Below the pieces are notes generated by a model. That model was not told where the DNA came from. It did no database searches and saw only the letters and a program-made list of their open reading frames with translations. From contig CAZIYN010000001.1 in assembly GCA_964543495.1 (NCBI GenBank), forward strand, positions 1 to 55,775: DNA of 55,775 bases, in the 5' to 3' direction. Positions 22,013-29,395 of this stretch are shown here, one piece after another. Position 1 is the stretch's first letter. Each line of letters opens with the position of its first letter. This DNA comes from an uncultured Dehalococcoidales bacterium (GTDB taxonomy: Bacteria; Chloroflexota; Dehalococcoidia; Dehalococcoidales; UBA2162). Position numbers and translations under genes: made by a program.

Positions 22013-22850
22013 GGGCGTACCTCCTTTCTCTATTATTTTTCGATGTTAGCTCTTTGACTTTTATTCCGAGCATTCGGGCGACCGTTACCGGTTCTGCCGG
22101 CACCACGTGAAGGGTACCGGCTTCCATATCGATATATGCTCCCATCCAGGCTAACTCGCCCTTCATGAGCTTCTCGACGAATTCCAGTACCAGGAATCCC
22201 ATAGCCTGGTTGATCAGCGGGCTCTGCTCGTCCGCAATGACGGCTTCGGCACAGTCCTGCTCCGGCTGCCGTGTTTCCGGCGCCGGCGACAGTAGCCCCG
22301 AAAGCTGTATGGGGGGATACGGCAGCGCCGATACCGTGCCGGCTTTCTCATCGAAAGCTCCCGCCAGATCGGGGAAATGACGGGTATTTCCTATCAGGAC
22401 TTGTCCCGATGAATGACCGTTGCCGGCGTCTATCCACCAGGTAAGCCCGCCGAGGGACTCGGCTATATCCCGCCTGGCGGCGGCGTTGTCGACGCAGCTA
22501 ATTAACAGGCTGTAAATAACGGTCGAGTGCATGCCGCCGCCCATATTCTCCTCGAACATGTCGCCCATGTAGGGGTAGACGCTATACTGGATGGGGCGCC
22601 GGTACTGCCGCGCGAGGCGCTCTGCCAAAACCTGGCTCTTGAACTTACCGATATCCTCTTCGAAGAAATGCTGCCGAAGCAGGTTATGCTGCTCGACCCT
22701 GTCATGGTCGATTAAAAGCAGCTCATACTCCTGTCGGTTTATCAGCAGCCGGCAGAGACCTTCAGCGACGAAACCACCTGTCCCACCACAGCCGACCAGA
22801 GCTATCTTTTTCTTCGCGAAATTCTGCTCTGCAGAGATCCGGAAACTCAT
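22002..22850 (-). CDS. ThiF/MoeB-type E1-like adenylyltransferase (PRTRC ThiF-like)
   Basis: KIALVGCGGTGG Rossmann motif, LIDHDRVEQHNLLRQ, SCVDNAAARRDI. AGGAGG SD. Confidence 0.85.
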   Translation of the reverse strand: MSFRISAEQNFAKKKIALVGCGGTGGFVAEGLCRLLINRQEYELLLIDHDRVEQHNLLRQHFFEEDIGKFKSQVLAERLARQYRRPIQYSVYPYMGDMFEENMGGGMHSTVIYSLLISCVDNAAARRDIAESLGGLTWWIDAGNGHSSGQVLIGNTRHFPDLAGAFDEKAGTVSALPYPPIQLSGLLSPAPETRQPEQDCAEAVIADEQSPLINQAMGFLVLEFVEKLMKGELAWMGAYIDMEAGTLHVVPAEPVTVARMLGIKVKELTSKNNRERRYAHGR

Positions 22851-23445
22851 ACTGGGTTATCACCTCCTCTTCAAGATATTCCTTGGCGCCTTCCAGGGCG
22901 CCGTCGAAGACCTCCGACCATGAAAGGTCGTCGAAATAGCCGTATACGCCGATTCGCAGCCTGATGACCGGGGTTTTCGACAGGTTTCCGACTATTCCAT
23001 AGATCTTCAGACCCGTTTCGTCTTTATCATCCGTATAGCTGAAGCCTATTTTCATCTCGCCGTGGGAGTGCATCTCCAGCACGATTTTATCGCCGGCTTC
23101 ATAAACGATGCCACCTCCGGATTTATCCTGGACCGGGACGTAGAACTTGTATCCGAAGTCTCCCTTCACGGCGACATAATGCTCTATCCGGGTGTCTGTC
23201 ATAAATACGTCGAGGGCGAGGTCGAAGAACCTCCGCGGGATGCTCCCGTAGAGGAGATTCAGCTTCTTATCGATCGGCGGCAGGCCGCGGACCTCGCAGC
23301 GAGCCACCGGTATCCTGGCTGAAATCAGCTTGTTCTCGGCCTCGATGAAGAGACCGTTGCCGGCCAGGATATAGTCGTAGAAGATACCCCTATCGCCGGC
23401 GAGTCCCTCGCCGGTGTTTATCAGATATCCCACCTGTTTTATCAT
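22762..23445 (-). CDS. JAB/JAMM metallopeptidase (PRTRC protein A-like)
   Basis: EMHSHGEMKIGFSYTD matches HxHx7Sx2D. The last 89 nt overlap the E1 gene out of frame. Confidence 0.8.
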   Translation of the reverse strand: MIKQVGYLINTGEGLAGDRGIFYDYILAGNGLFIEAENKLISARIPVARCEVRGLPPIDKKLNLLYGSIPRRFFDLALDVFMTDTRIEHYVAVKGDFGYKFYVPVQDKSGGGIVYEAGDKIVLEMHSHGEMKIGFSYTDDKDETGLKIYGIVGNLSKTPVIRLRIGVYGYFDDLSWSEVFDGALEGAKEYLEEEVITQYEFPDLCRAEFREEKDSSGRLWWDRWFRR

Positions 23446-24128
23446 GCCAGCTCCATCATCATCAGGTCGCTTATTGTCCCGTGCTTGACCAGGTCGTTCT
23501 TCGGGAACGCCTTTTTACCATCGAGGTGAGCCCAGAGGTAAGCGACATTCTTCGGAAACATCCGAGACCGGTTGTGAAGGTCGGCCGTCTCCGTGAAAAA
23601 CGACACGAAGAAGGAATGGGGGATATCGGCTGCCCTCTCCGGATACCGGTGATTGCCCGGGCAGGACCTGCCGCTGTCAAAAATATTGCAGAGCGGCGCC
23701 TTGAAGACCGGGTCCCGCTCTTTCGTCGGTTTCTTTTTCACCGCGTATACCCAGGGCGGTTTGCCCGGCGAGCATAGGAATATGAGCCCGGGCAGGGGTA
23801 TGGTGAAGCGTTTCGGCGGCTTGCCGAGTTCCTTCTGCAGGGCGAGGGTTCGAATCTTCGGTTCCGTGTAGATGGCGAAGAACGGGCCCGCTCTGGTGTT
23901 CTCCCACCAAAGGGTATTCGCCGGCAGGAGTCCGGTACCGAATGACAGCTCGTTGGCCAGTGCCTGAGCCACGTCGAAAGCCGAGACTATCCTAGTGGTC
24001 GTTGTTTCCTCGCCGAAGAAGGTTAAAACGACGGCCTGGTGATGGAAATCCAGCCTGGCTCTCAGCGGATCCGGCGGTATGTTCAGCTCCTCCGGTATCG
24101 CCCATCGATGGGCTGTCCCTATTACCAT
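23442..24128 (-). CDS. E2/UBC-like protein candidate (PRTRC protein B-like)
   Basis: APLCNIFDSGRSCPGNH resembles the UBC hPN(I/V)..G.IC active-site segment. Size and position match PRTRC-B. Confidence 0.55.
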   Translation of the reverse strand: MVIGTAHRWAIPEELNIPPDPLRARLDFHHQAVVLTFFGEETTTTRIVSAFDVAQALANELSFGTGLLPANTLWWENTRAGPFFAIYTEPKIRTLALQKELGKPPKRFTIPLPGLIFLCSPGKPPWVYAVKKKPTKERDPVFKAPLCNIFDSGRSCPGNHRYPERAADIPHSFFVSFFTETADLHNRSRMFPKNVAYLWAHLDGKKAFPKNDLVKHGTISDLMMMELA

Positions 24129-24138
24129 ATGAACCTCC

Positions 24139-24432
24139 TCAATATTCTTCCGGGAAAAGGACGGTAGTTACCGACCTGTCGGCCTCGGTGATTATCCAGA
24201 TTTTCGGGTTCAGCTCGTAGGCTGAGAAAATCCGGAGATTCCCCTCTTTGACTGCCAGGTCGTTTTCCTTCTTGTCGTCTTCCGACATATCTCCCCAGTC
24301 GCCGTTGTAATGGCGATCGAGGCTCTTATTGACGGCAATCCTGAATTGGTCGTCGTCTTCCATCCTTTCCAGGATTCCGGGCGTGACGACCAGCTGTCCG
24401 CCAGGGAATTTACTTCCTACTATTCCGACCAT
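24139..24432 (-). CDS. Conserved small plasmid/phage-type protein, 97 aa
   Basis: GDWGDMSEDDKKEN..IWIITEADRSVTTVLFPEEY recalls a family seen on mobile elements. Function unknown and family name not recalled. Confidence 0.6.
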   Translation of the reverse strand: MVGIVGSKFPGGQLVVTPGILERMEDDDQFRIAVNKSLDRHYNGDWGDMSEDDKKENDLAVKEGNLRIFSAYELNPKIWIITEADRSVTTVLFPEEY

Positions 24433-24444
24433 AATAGACCTCCT

Positions 24445-25392
24445 TTATGTCAGTACTTGGGCGTTTTCATCCAAAGGCAGAGGCATTTGCTCTTTCGGTA
24501 TTATTTCCGTTCCTTTCTCCGCGATTTTAATATCCAGGATAAACTCGAGCAGTTCCTTGAAGCGGGGCTTCAGGTCTTCCTCGAGCCATTCATAGGCTTT
24601 TGTCATCCGTTCATGGTATTCTCTTACGCGGGGCCACTGCTCGGTAAGGTTATCGACGTAGTAGCGGCTCCAGTCCACCATCTCGTAGCCGTCTTCGTAA
24701 TTTGCGTCGAGCTGCCAGCAGTCGGTGGAAGAGAATATCCAGTCGACGACCGCGTTAATCATATCGTAGTCGGTATTGTCCAGCTTCGGGTAGAGCTCGT
24801 GATATCTGAAGCCCCCTTCCGGGATGTGCGATATCAAGCCTTCCCCGACAAGGTCGGCAGCCGCTTCGAGTATCGGTATCCTGGCATCATCCTCTCCCCA
24901 TGGTGGTTCTAACAGGGCTATTATGAGGATAAAACCATCCCTCGATGTGGGCGCCTCGTGGTAGTCGGAGAAGCTGAGACCCATGAGGTTGATGGGTATG
25001 TCCCGGGTAAAGTCCCCCAGAGGAGTCTCGTCGTAGATATAGGTGAAACTGTCGGCCAGCGGGAAGTACCGGTTGGCGAAGTGGTGCATGAACATCCGTA
25101 TCTTATCGGTGTCGCTCATCTGGGCCATGATTGCCGTCTCGTGCTCCGGAAGATATTCTCTTATCAGATCGAGGAACTCTGCGACTGACTCGTAGTTGAG
25201 CAGCCGGTCGATGACGTGGGCGAGGGACGGGGGGCCGGCGATGAGCTTGTGGGCGAGCATGGCGAGCGGAAATACCGGCTCCAGCTCGTCTTCTATCACG
25301 AGAGGCTCTCCCGTCATCATCCGCTGCCTGGCAACGGCCTGCTCGTTAAGGAAACGCAGCGTCTCTAGATCATACATCGTCCTCTTCCTCAT
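24445..25392 (-). CDS. Hypothetical protein, 315 aa (positional equivalent of PRTRC protein F)
   Basis: Minus-strand tiling ORF inside the Ubl cassette. Alternative start at 25377. Confidence 0.6.
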   Translation of the reverse strand: MRKRTMYDLETLRFLNEQAVARQRMMTGEPLVIEDELEPVFPLAMLAHKLIAGPPSLAHVIDRLLNYESVAEFLDLIREYLPEHETAIMAQMSDTDKIRMFMHHFANRYFPLADSFTYIYDETPLGDFTRDIPINLMGLSFSDYHEAPTSRDGFILIIALLEPPWGEDDARIPILEAAADLVGEGLISHIPEGGFRYHELYPKLDNTDYDMINAVVDWIFSSTDCWQLDANYEDGYEMVDWSRYYVDNLTEQWPRVREYHERMTKAYEWLEEDLKPRFKELLEFILDIKIAEKGTEIIPKEQMPLPLDENAQVLT

Positions 25393-25624
25393 CTTTTGCC
25401 GCGGCCATTCTCTTCAGGGAGTCGACTGAAACCATGGTATGGCTGCCGTACATCTTGGCTTCCGCGAGGGCGCGGTTGACTTCCGGCTGGATATTCGCCA
25501 GCCCTTCGTAGTCCACCTCGCCGTCGACGGTGTATTTATTCGCCAGCTCGATAATGAGGAGGCTCTTTTCGGGCACCCTGCCCAGGGCTGTAACGACCCT
25601 GTCGATTTGTTCCGAATCTTTCAT
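25370..25624 (-). CDS. Hypothetical acidic protein, 84 aa
   Basis: TAATG-coupled to the Ubl gene. Confidence 0.6.
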   Translation of the reverse strand: MKDSEQIDRVVTALGRVPEKSLLIIELANKYTVDGEVDYEGLANIQPEVNRALAEAKMYGSHTMVSVDSLKRMAAAKDEEEDDV

Positions 25625-25815
25625 TACCCGCCCTTCGTTCCGACCCGCTTCTTGAACTCGTAGATGGTGTCTTCGCCGCGGGTACTTTCCTTGATTTCGG
25701 CGTTAGCCAGCTCGGGGAAGAATGAAGTCATGGACTGCCTGACTTCTTCCGGCGTGCTGGCGGGGTCCGGGTCCGGGAATTCTCTGCCGTCGTAGACGAA
25801 AATTCTCTTGGTCAT
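25624..25815 (-). CDS. Ubiquitin-like beta-grasp protein ending in Gly-Gly (PRTRC protein C-like)
   Basis: MTKRIFVYDGREFPDPDPASTPEEVRQSMTSFFPELANAEI..IYEFKKRVGTKGG followed directly by the stop. Matches the recalled PRTRC-C pattern R.F.Y.G..LPDP..s.eeVr..yPEl..A.i..Y.F...vGTKG. Confidence 0.7.
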   Translation of the reverse strand: MTKRIFVYDGREFPDPDPASTPEEVRQSMTSFFPELANAEIKESTRGEDTIYEFKKRVGTKGG

Positions 25816-25833
25816 AATCCCTCCTTTCGTCGA

Positions 25834-26019
25834 TTAATCTTCTTTGAGGCACTCCTCGCACTTGAGGACTCTGCCGTATTTAGTCCAGTATAGAGCGGTG
25901 TTAAATTTCAAGCACCATGGCTGTTTTGCGATCGCGTCGTCCAAGTCCGGGCACTCAATGCCTTCTCCGAAGACGCTTGCGTTATAGCAGAACTCGTTCG
26001 TCGGCTTCTCTTTTCTCAC
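25834..26019 (-). CDS. Cys-rich mini-protein, 61 aa
   Basis: GTG 26019 lies 6 nt after AGGAGG. C..CPD..C..CEEC. Confidence 0.5.
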   Translation of the reverse strand: MRKEKPTNEFCYNASVFGEGIECPDLDDAIAKQPWCLKFNTALYWTKYGRVLKCEECLKED

Positions 26020-26111
26020 GATCAACCTCCTTTAAAGCCTTACATCCATTATGCTCAGTGTAATAAGGATAGCCAGGGAGAGAATGAAGGCTATCCACAG
26101 CCAGTTCTTTC

Positions 26112-26417
26112 TCACTTGTCCCATTTTCTCCTGAACTTATGAATATCGTCTCTGCCGGCGTTCGGCTTGAACTTGATTTCGATAGCCTTGATGAAGTCCG
26201 TCTCGCCCCAGAACAGGACTTGCCGGACGATGAACTTCGCCAGGTTGTAATCGATGCCCTTCCTGTATAGGCGGATATAGAAATTGAAGGCAAACACCTG
26301 CCGGCTGGTAAGCGTGGACATATCGAGCATATCAGGGCTATCGAGAGCCGACACCAGGTGCTCGATGTCCTTGAAGTCCGAGGGTCCGCACTGACCTATT
26401 ATTCTCATGCTCTCCAT
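26112..26417 (-). CDS. Hypothetical protein, 101 aa
   Basis: ATG 26417. The longer ORF-track N-terminus is Arg-rich and overlaps the upstream gene. Confidence 0.5.
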   Translation of the reverse strand: MESMRIIGQCGPSDFKDIEHLVSALDSPDMLDMSTLTSRQVFAFNFYIRLYRKGIDYNLAKFIVRQVLFWGETDFIKAIEIKFKPNAGRDDIHKFRRKWDK

Positions 26418-26611
26418 AATTCTGTTCCTGCCGGCAGTCGCTTGTATCCCCAGGCGCTTCGTACCGCTTCCCTGGCGTCTTTCTCGCAGGTATAATATCC
26501 TGTAGTCGGCCCGTAAGCGTATACCTGCCCGGGCAGGTGATAATACCACCGGCTGTAGGGCTTCTTGTGGTTCGAGTTGCGTATCCTTTTCGGTCTTTCC
26601 GTGAGTATCAT
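26405..26611 (-). CDS. Hypothetical basic protein, 68 aa
   Basis: GAGAGG SD before ATG 26611. The longer version would run through the 13-bp hairpin. Confidence 0.5.
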   Translation of the reverse strand: MILTERPKRIRNSNHKKPYSRWYYHLPGQVYAYGPTTGYYTCEKDAREAVRSAWGYKRLPAGTELWRA

Positions 26612-26627
26612 AGAACCTCTCTTTTTT

Positions 26628-26676
26628 ATCGGGCGGGGGATGCCAAAGCCGTATCTTTTAATTTCCCCCGCCCGAT
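26628..26676 (-). other. Perfect 13-bp stem hairpin with 23-nt loop
   Basis: atcgggcggggga-N23-tcccccgcccgat. No U-tract on the transcribed strand. Confidence 0.6.
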
Positions 26677-26684
26677 ACACCCCG

Positions 26685-27026
26685 TTACTCGGGGCGCTTA
26701 TCGTAGAACTCCGTTATCTTGCCGGTCCCCGGGTCCAGTCCGACGGCGTAGGGTGGTGGTGGCCCGTAGAACTCCGCCATGCTGGCGAGCTCGGCGTGGT
26801 AGCTCTCTTCGGTCGGGCAGGTCACCGTGGTAACGTCGCCCTCGGCGTAGGTTATAATCACCCGTTTTCCCGGGTGCACCCAGACGCCGAAGTACCAGGC
26901 GTCCTGCTTCGTATCGAACTGCTTCCACCCCTTCTCTGCCGAGCAGATGGTGAAGTCGAACTCGTACCGCTCGGTATGCCTGAAGGACCGCTCGATGGAG
27001 TTACCTCTCTCGTTTACTTCGGGCAT
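26685..27026 (-). CDS. Hypothetical protein, 113 aa
   Basis: AGGAGG SD. Minus-strand tiling ORF. Confidence 0.6.
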   Translation of the reverse strand: MPEVNERGNSIERSFRHTERYEFDFTICSAEKGWKQFDTKQDAWYFGVWVHPGKRVIITYAEGDVTTVTCPTEESYHAELASMAEFYGPPPPYAVGLDPGTGKITEFYDKRPE

Positions 27027-27037
27027 AGGTCGACCTC

Positions 27038-27166
27038 CTAATTACGTATTCTCTTTTTAAGCAGCTTGTGATAGACGGCTCCGCAGTTTCTGCACCTCCA
27101 CCATTGAAGGAAGCCGAGTATACCGATGTATTCTCCTTCTCCGCCGCACAGCGGGCAGTAAATCAT
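27038..27166 (-). CDS. Zinc-ribbon mini-protein, 42 aa (below cutoff)
   Basis: AGGAGG SD. MIYCPLCGGEGEYIGILGFLQWWRCRNCGAVYHKLLKKRIRN. Confidence 0.5.
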   Translation of the reverse strand: MIYCPLCGGEGEYIGILGFLQWWRCRNCGAVYHKLLKKRIRN

Positions 27167-27295
27167 TTCTTCTTCCTCCTGGAGAAGTTTTTTCTACCGT
27201 GCCGGACTAGTATCCGGACATACTTATTATTTTTAGAGCCTGTAACCAACTCTCTCTTTCGTTTCATAGAGTCTCCCTGCTGGATAATAAAAAGA

Positions 27296-27320
27296 CGGGA
27301 GATACCCTTCGTATCTCCCG
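27296..27320 (-). terminator. Rho-independent terminator (minus strand)
   Basis: cgggagatac-ccttc-gtatctcccg, followed on the minus strand by TCTTTTTATTAT. Confidence 0.7.
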
Positions 27321-27384
27321 AAAAATGACGACCTGTTAAAAAGCAAAAGACACCCCCCGTTAACGGGAAGTGCCTTCCGCTTTT

Positions 27385-27912
27385 TTAGTGGCTGTAATAA
27401 TCCCGAACTGCTAAAAGAACTTGACTGTTAATCTGATTGACAATCTCATTCGGTAAAGGCTTTCCGTAACGTAAAGCCTTCCGTCTTTTAGACTTAGAGA
27501 CTTGTTTTAATACTCCGCTTAAATCAACGTATAGCCTGATATAGCTTGAGGCTATCCGAGCCTTAACGAATGGCTGAAGGGTAACACCGCTTACCGATTG
27601 CCCATCAAGGTAAAATAGAGGCTGGCTTTCAGCATAGATGTCCCTAGACACAGCGTTAAAACGACCTTCAAGGGGAAACCGCCGTTGCGGTAGTCTGTGA
27701 AGTGCGTTCCGTTCAGCTTCAAGTATAGCGTTCTGTAAATCCCTGTCTAATTCCTTCCAGTCGTGAATAAGGTATTCAATATATACGCTGAAATGATGTT
27801 CAGGGATAGGGCAATTCTTATGCCCGTATACGCAGAAGCCACGACTAACGGTGAACAAGCGTATTAAAGCCTCTTTACGTTCAGGGGTAAGCCACTGAGG
27901 TATTTTAGACAT
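27385..27912 (-). CDS. Hypothetical protein, 175 aa (AT-rich island)
   Basis: AAGGGGTG SD before ATG 27912. Visibly lower GC than its neighbours. Confidence 0.6.
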   Translation of the reverse strand: MSKIPQWLTPERKEALIRLFTVSRGFCVYGHKNCPIPEHHFSVYIEYLIHDWKELDRDLQNAILEAERNALHRLPQRRFPLEGRFNAVSRDIYAESQPLFYLDGQSVSGVTLQPFVKARIASSYIRLYVDLSGVLKQVSKSKRRKALRYGKPLPNEIVNQINSQVLLAVRDYYSH

Positions 27913-27937
27913 AATACACCCCTTATCGTAAATTTTT

Positions 27938-27962
27938 CTCAGTAGCACGACAAGGCAGGGGA
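27938..27962. repeat. 25-bp inverted repeat, left copy
   Basis: ctcagtagcacgacaaggcagggga matches the reverse complement of 28544-28568 at 24 of 25 positions. Confidence 0.9.
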
Positions 27963-28004
27963 TTGATTGACTTAACCTGAGTCTAGTTAAGGGGAATTTT
28001 ACCG

Positions 28005-28520
28005 CTAGGCGGTAACGAGTTCTTTTTCCCTGTCAGGTTCGGGAGTAGCTTCCGCTTCCGCTTCCGCTTCCGCTTCCAGTTGTGCTTCCATTCGTGCCTG
28101 TATTGCCTCATTCAACGCCTGTGAGTCGTGTTCTGCGATAGGCTTTCCAGCCTTCACGCAGGCATTTACCATACTGCCGTATTCCTTCTCTTTAGCAGTC
28201 GCCACGTTCTCGGTATAGTCCTGAAGGTGAGCCACGAAGTTCTCACGAACCATAGCAACCGCTTCGGAGATAGGCTTGGCAACACGTATCACAGGTCTGC
28301 CGTTCTGGGAGAATTTAACCGCCCCGTCTTTATCGTAACCGAGCCTCAGCGGGCAACCGAGAGCCTCAGCGGGAATGGCGGTATCGCCCATAGTGTTAGT
28401 GGCGGTAAAGAACGGAAGCCATACGTTCTCAAGGTCAATACTCCAGACACGTCTACTTCTGGACTTCTGAGGGGAAGGCACAACAAGGGCTTTAATATAT
28501 GAAGGGGTATCGTATTTCAC
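28005..28520 (-). CDS. Hypothetical protein, 171 aa, flanked by the 25-bp inverted repeats
   Basis: GTG start with GGAG SD. C-terminal (EA)5 is encoded by (GCTTCC)5 at 28047-28076. Confidence 0.6.
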   Translation of the reverse strand: MKYDTPSYIKALVVPSPQKSRSRRVWSIDLENVWLPFFTATNTMGDTAIPAEALGCPLRLGYDKDGAVKFSQNGRPVIRVAKPISEAVAMVRENFVAHLQDYTENVATAKEKEYGSMVNACVKAGKPIAEHDSQALNEAIQARMEAQLEAEAEAEAEATPEPDREKELVTA

Positions 28521-28543
28521 AGTTTCACACTCCGAATTGAATT

Positions 28544-28568
28544 TCCCCTGCCTTGTCGTGCCACTGAG
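28544..28568. repeat. 25-bp inverted repeat, right copy
   Basis: tcccctgccttgtcgtgccactgag. Confidence 0.9.
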
Positions 28569-28750
28569 ATTATGACCTGAAAGTGCAATCCGCTTTCAGT
28601 CCGTATCTGGTCGTGAAGTGAGTTCAGATACCTTCACCTATTCGCTGGAATGACCTTATCGGCTCGGCTGTCATATATAAGGAAACCGAGTTCGGGAAAC
28701 CGAGCCTATCGGGTATTTTTTAACGTGCTACAAGTGATACAAGTATCATC

Positions 28751-28779
28751 ATTAAAACACAGGTCGTGCCGTTTGTCAA
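28751..28779 (-). promoter_or_regulatory. Sigma70-like promoter TTGACA-N17-TTTAAT
   Basis: Read on the minus strand. It points at the right inverted repeat and the 171-aa gene, with a leader of about 224 nt. Confidence 0.6.
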
Positions 28780-28799
28780 TAGATAATGTATCTTATTTT
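28780..28799 (+). promoter_or_regulatory. 20-bp palindrome, copy 10 (variant), abutting the -35 element
   Basis: TAGATAA-tgtatc-TTATTTTTCGATATAT. It shares the TTCGATATAT tail with copy 9. Confidence 0.5.
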
Positions 28800-29058
28800 T
28801 CGATATATCCAAAAGGCTTTTCAGGCTCGGAAACGATTTTTCGGGCTGGTAAAATAGAAAAAATTTTCCGTCTATAATATGAAGGATTTTTTTTGAAAAA
28901 TTCGGCTGGTCGGTTCGGCTCGGTTTTTATCGGTTCGGGCTTGCTCGGCTGGTCGGCTGATATTCGGGGTCTACCATTTCGGGAAGGCTGGAAAAGTCCA
29001 TCTCGGCTCATACCACGACTCAGTCTCGATTATTGGCAGAGATAGGCTCGGAGAGGTT

Positions 29059-29079
29059 TTTTGGCACTCAGTGCCAAAA
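29059..29079. promoter_or_regulatory. Perfect palindrome TTTTGGCAC-TCA-GTGCCAAAA
   Basis: 9-3-9 inverted repeat at the edge of the iteron region. Related to 4262-4280. Confidence 0.6.
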
Positions 29080-29087
29080 CAGGCTCG

Positions 29088-29300
29088 CTAGTCGGTTCTA
29101 TACTTCCTGTAGTGAGGGGACTCTCTCGTTCTCAGTGCAGGGGCTTCTACAGAGGGCAGCTCTTTACCATAACCGCCCAACGTTCTCGAGCAAAGCAGGC
29201 ACTTGGCGTCTCCCGTCCACTCGTCCAGGTAAACGTTGCCCCCGCACCGGTGACACCGGAAGGGAAAGAATATCCTTCTTCTGTCGAGTGTAGCTTTCAA
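29088..29300 (-). CDS. Zinc-ribbon mini-protein, 70 aa
   Basis: CHRCGG..(15)..CLLCS. TTG start. Confidence 0.5.
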   Translation of the reverse strand: MKATLDRRRIFFPFRCHRCGGNVYLDEWTGDAKCLLCSRTLGGYGKELPSVEAPALRTRESPHYRKYRTD

Positions 29301-29395
29301 GGTATAATCGGTCTCCCTTCCTTTTCTAAGGGGCTATATTTCGATTTCAGGGCTTCGTTTTTTCTCGGGGCCTGGAACTCTTTCTACCTCCGTGC

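Larger units (their letters stand above)
28600..29058. repeat. Iteron-rich, AT-tract-containing noncoding region (replication origin candidate)
   Basis: GGCTCGG at 28661, 28824, 28917 and 29045 (plus strand) and at 28700 (minus strand). (T/C)TCGGCTGGTCGG at 28901 and 28945. TTCGGG x5. A/T tract at 28850-28900. Confidence 0.5.

Noticed and set aside
28793-29011. 72-aa minus-strand ORF (and the plus-strand ORF at 28650-28877) inside the iteron region
   Set aside because: The translation is dominated by the repeat sequence (Pro/Arg/Lys/Ser-rich) and has no SD. The region is better explained as noncoding iterons.
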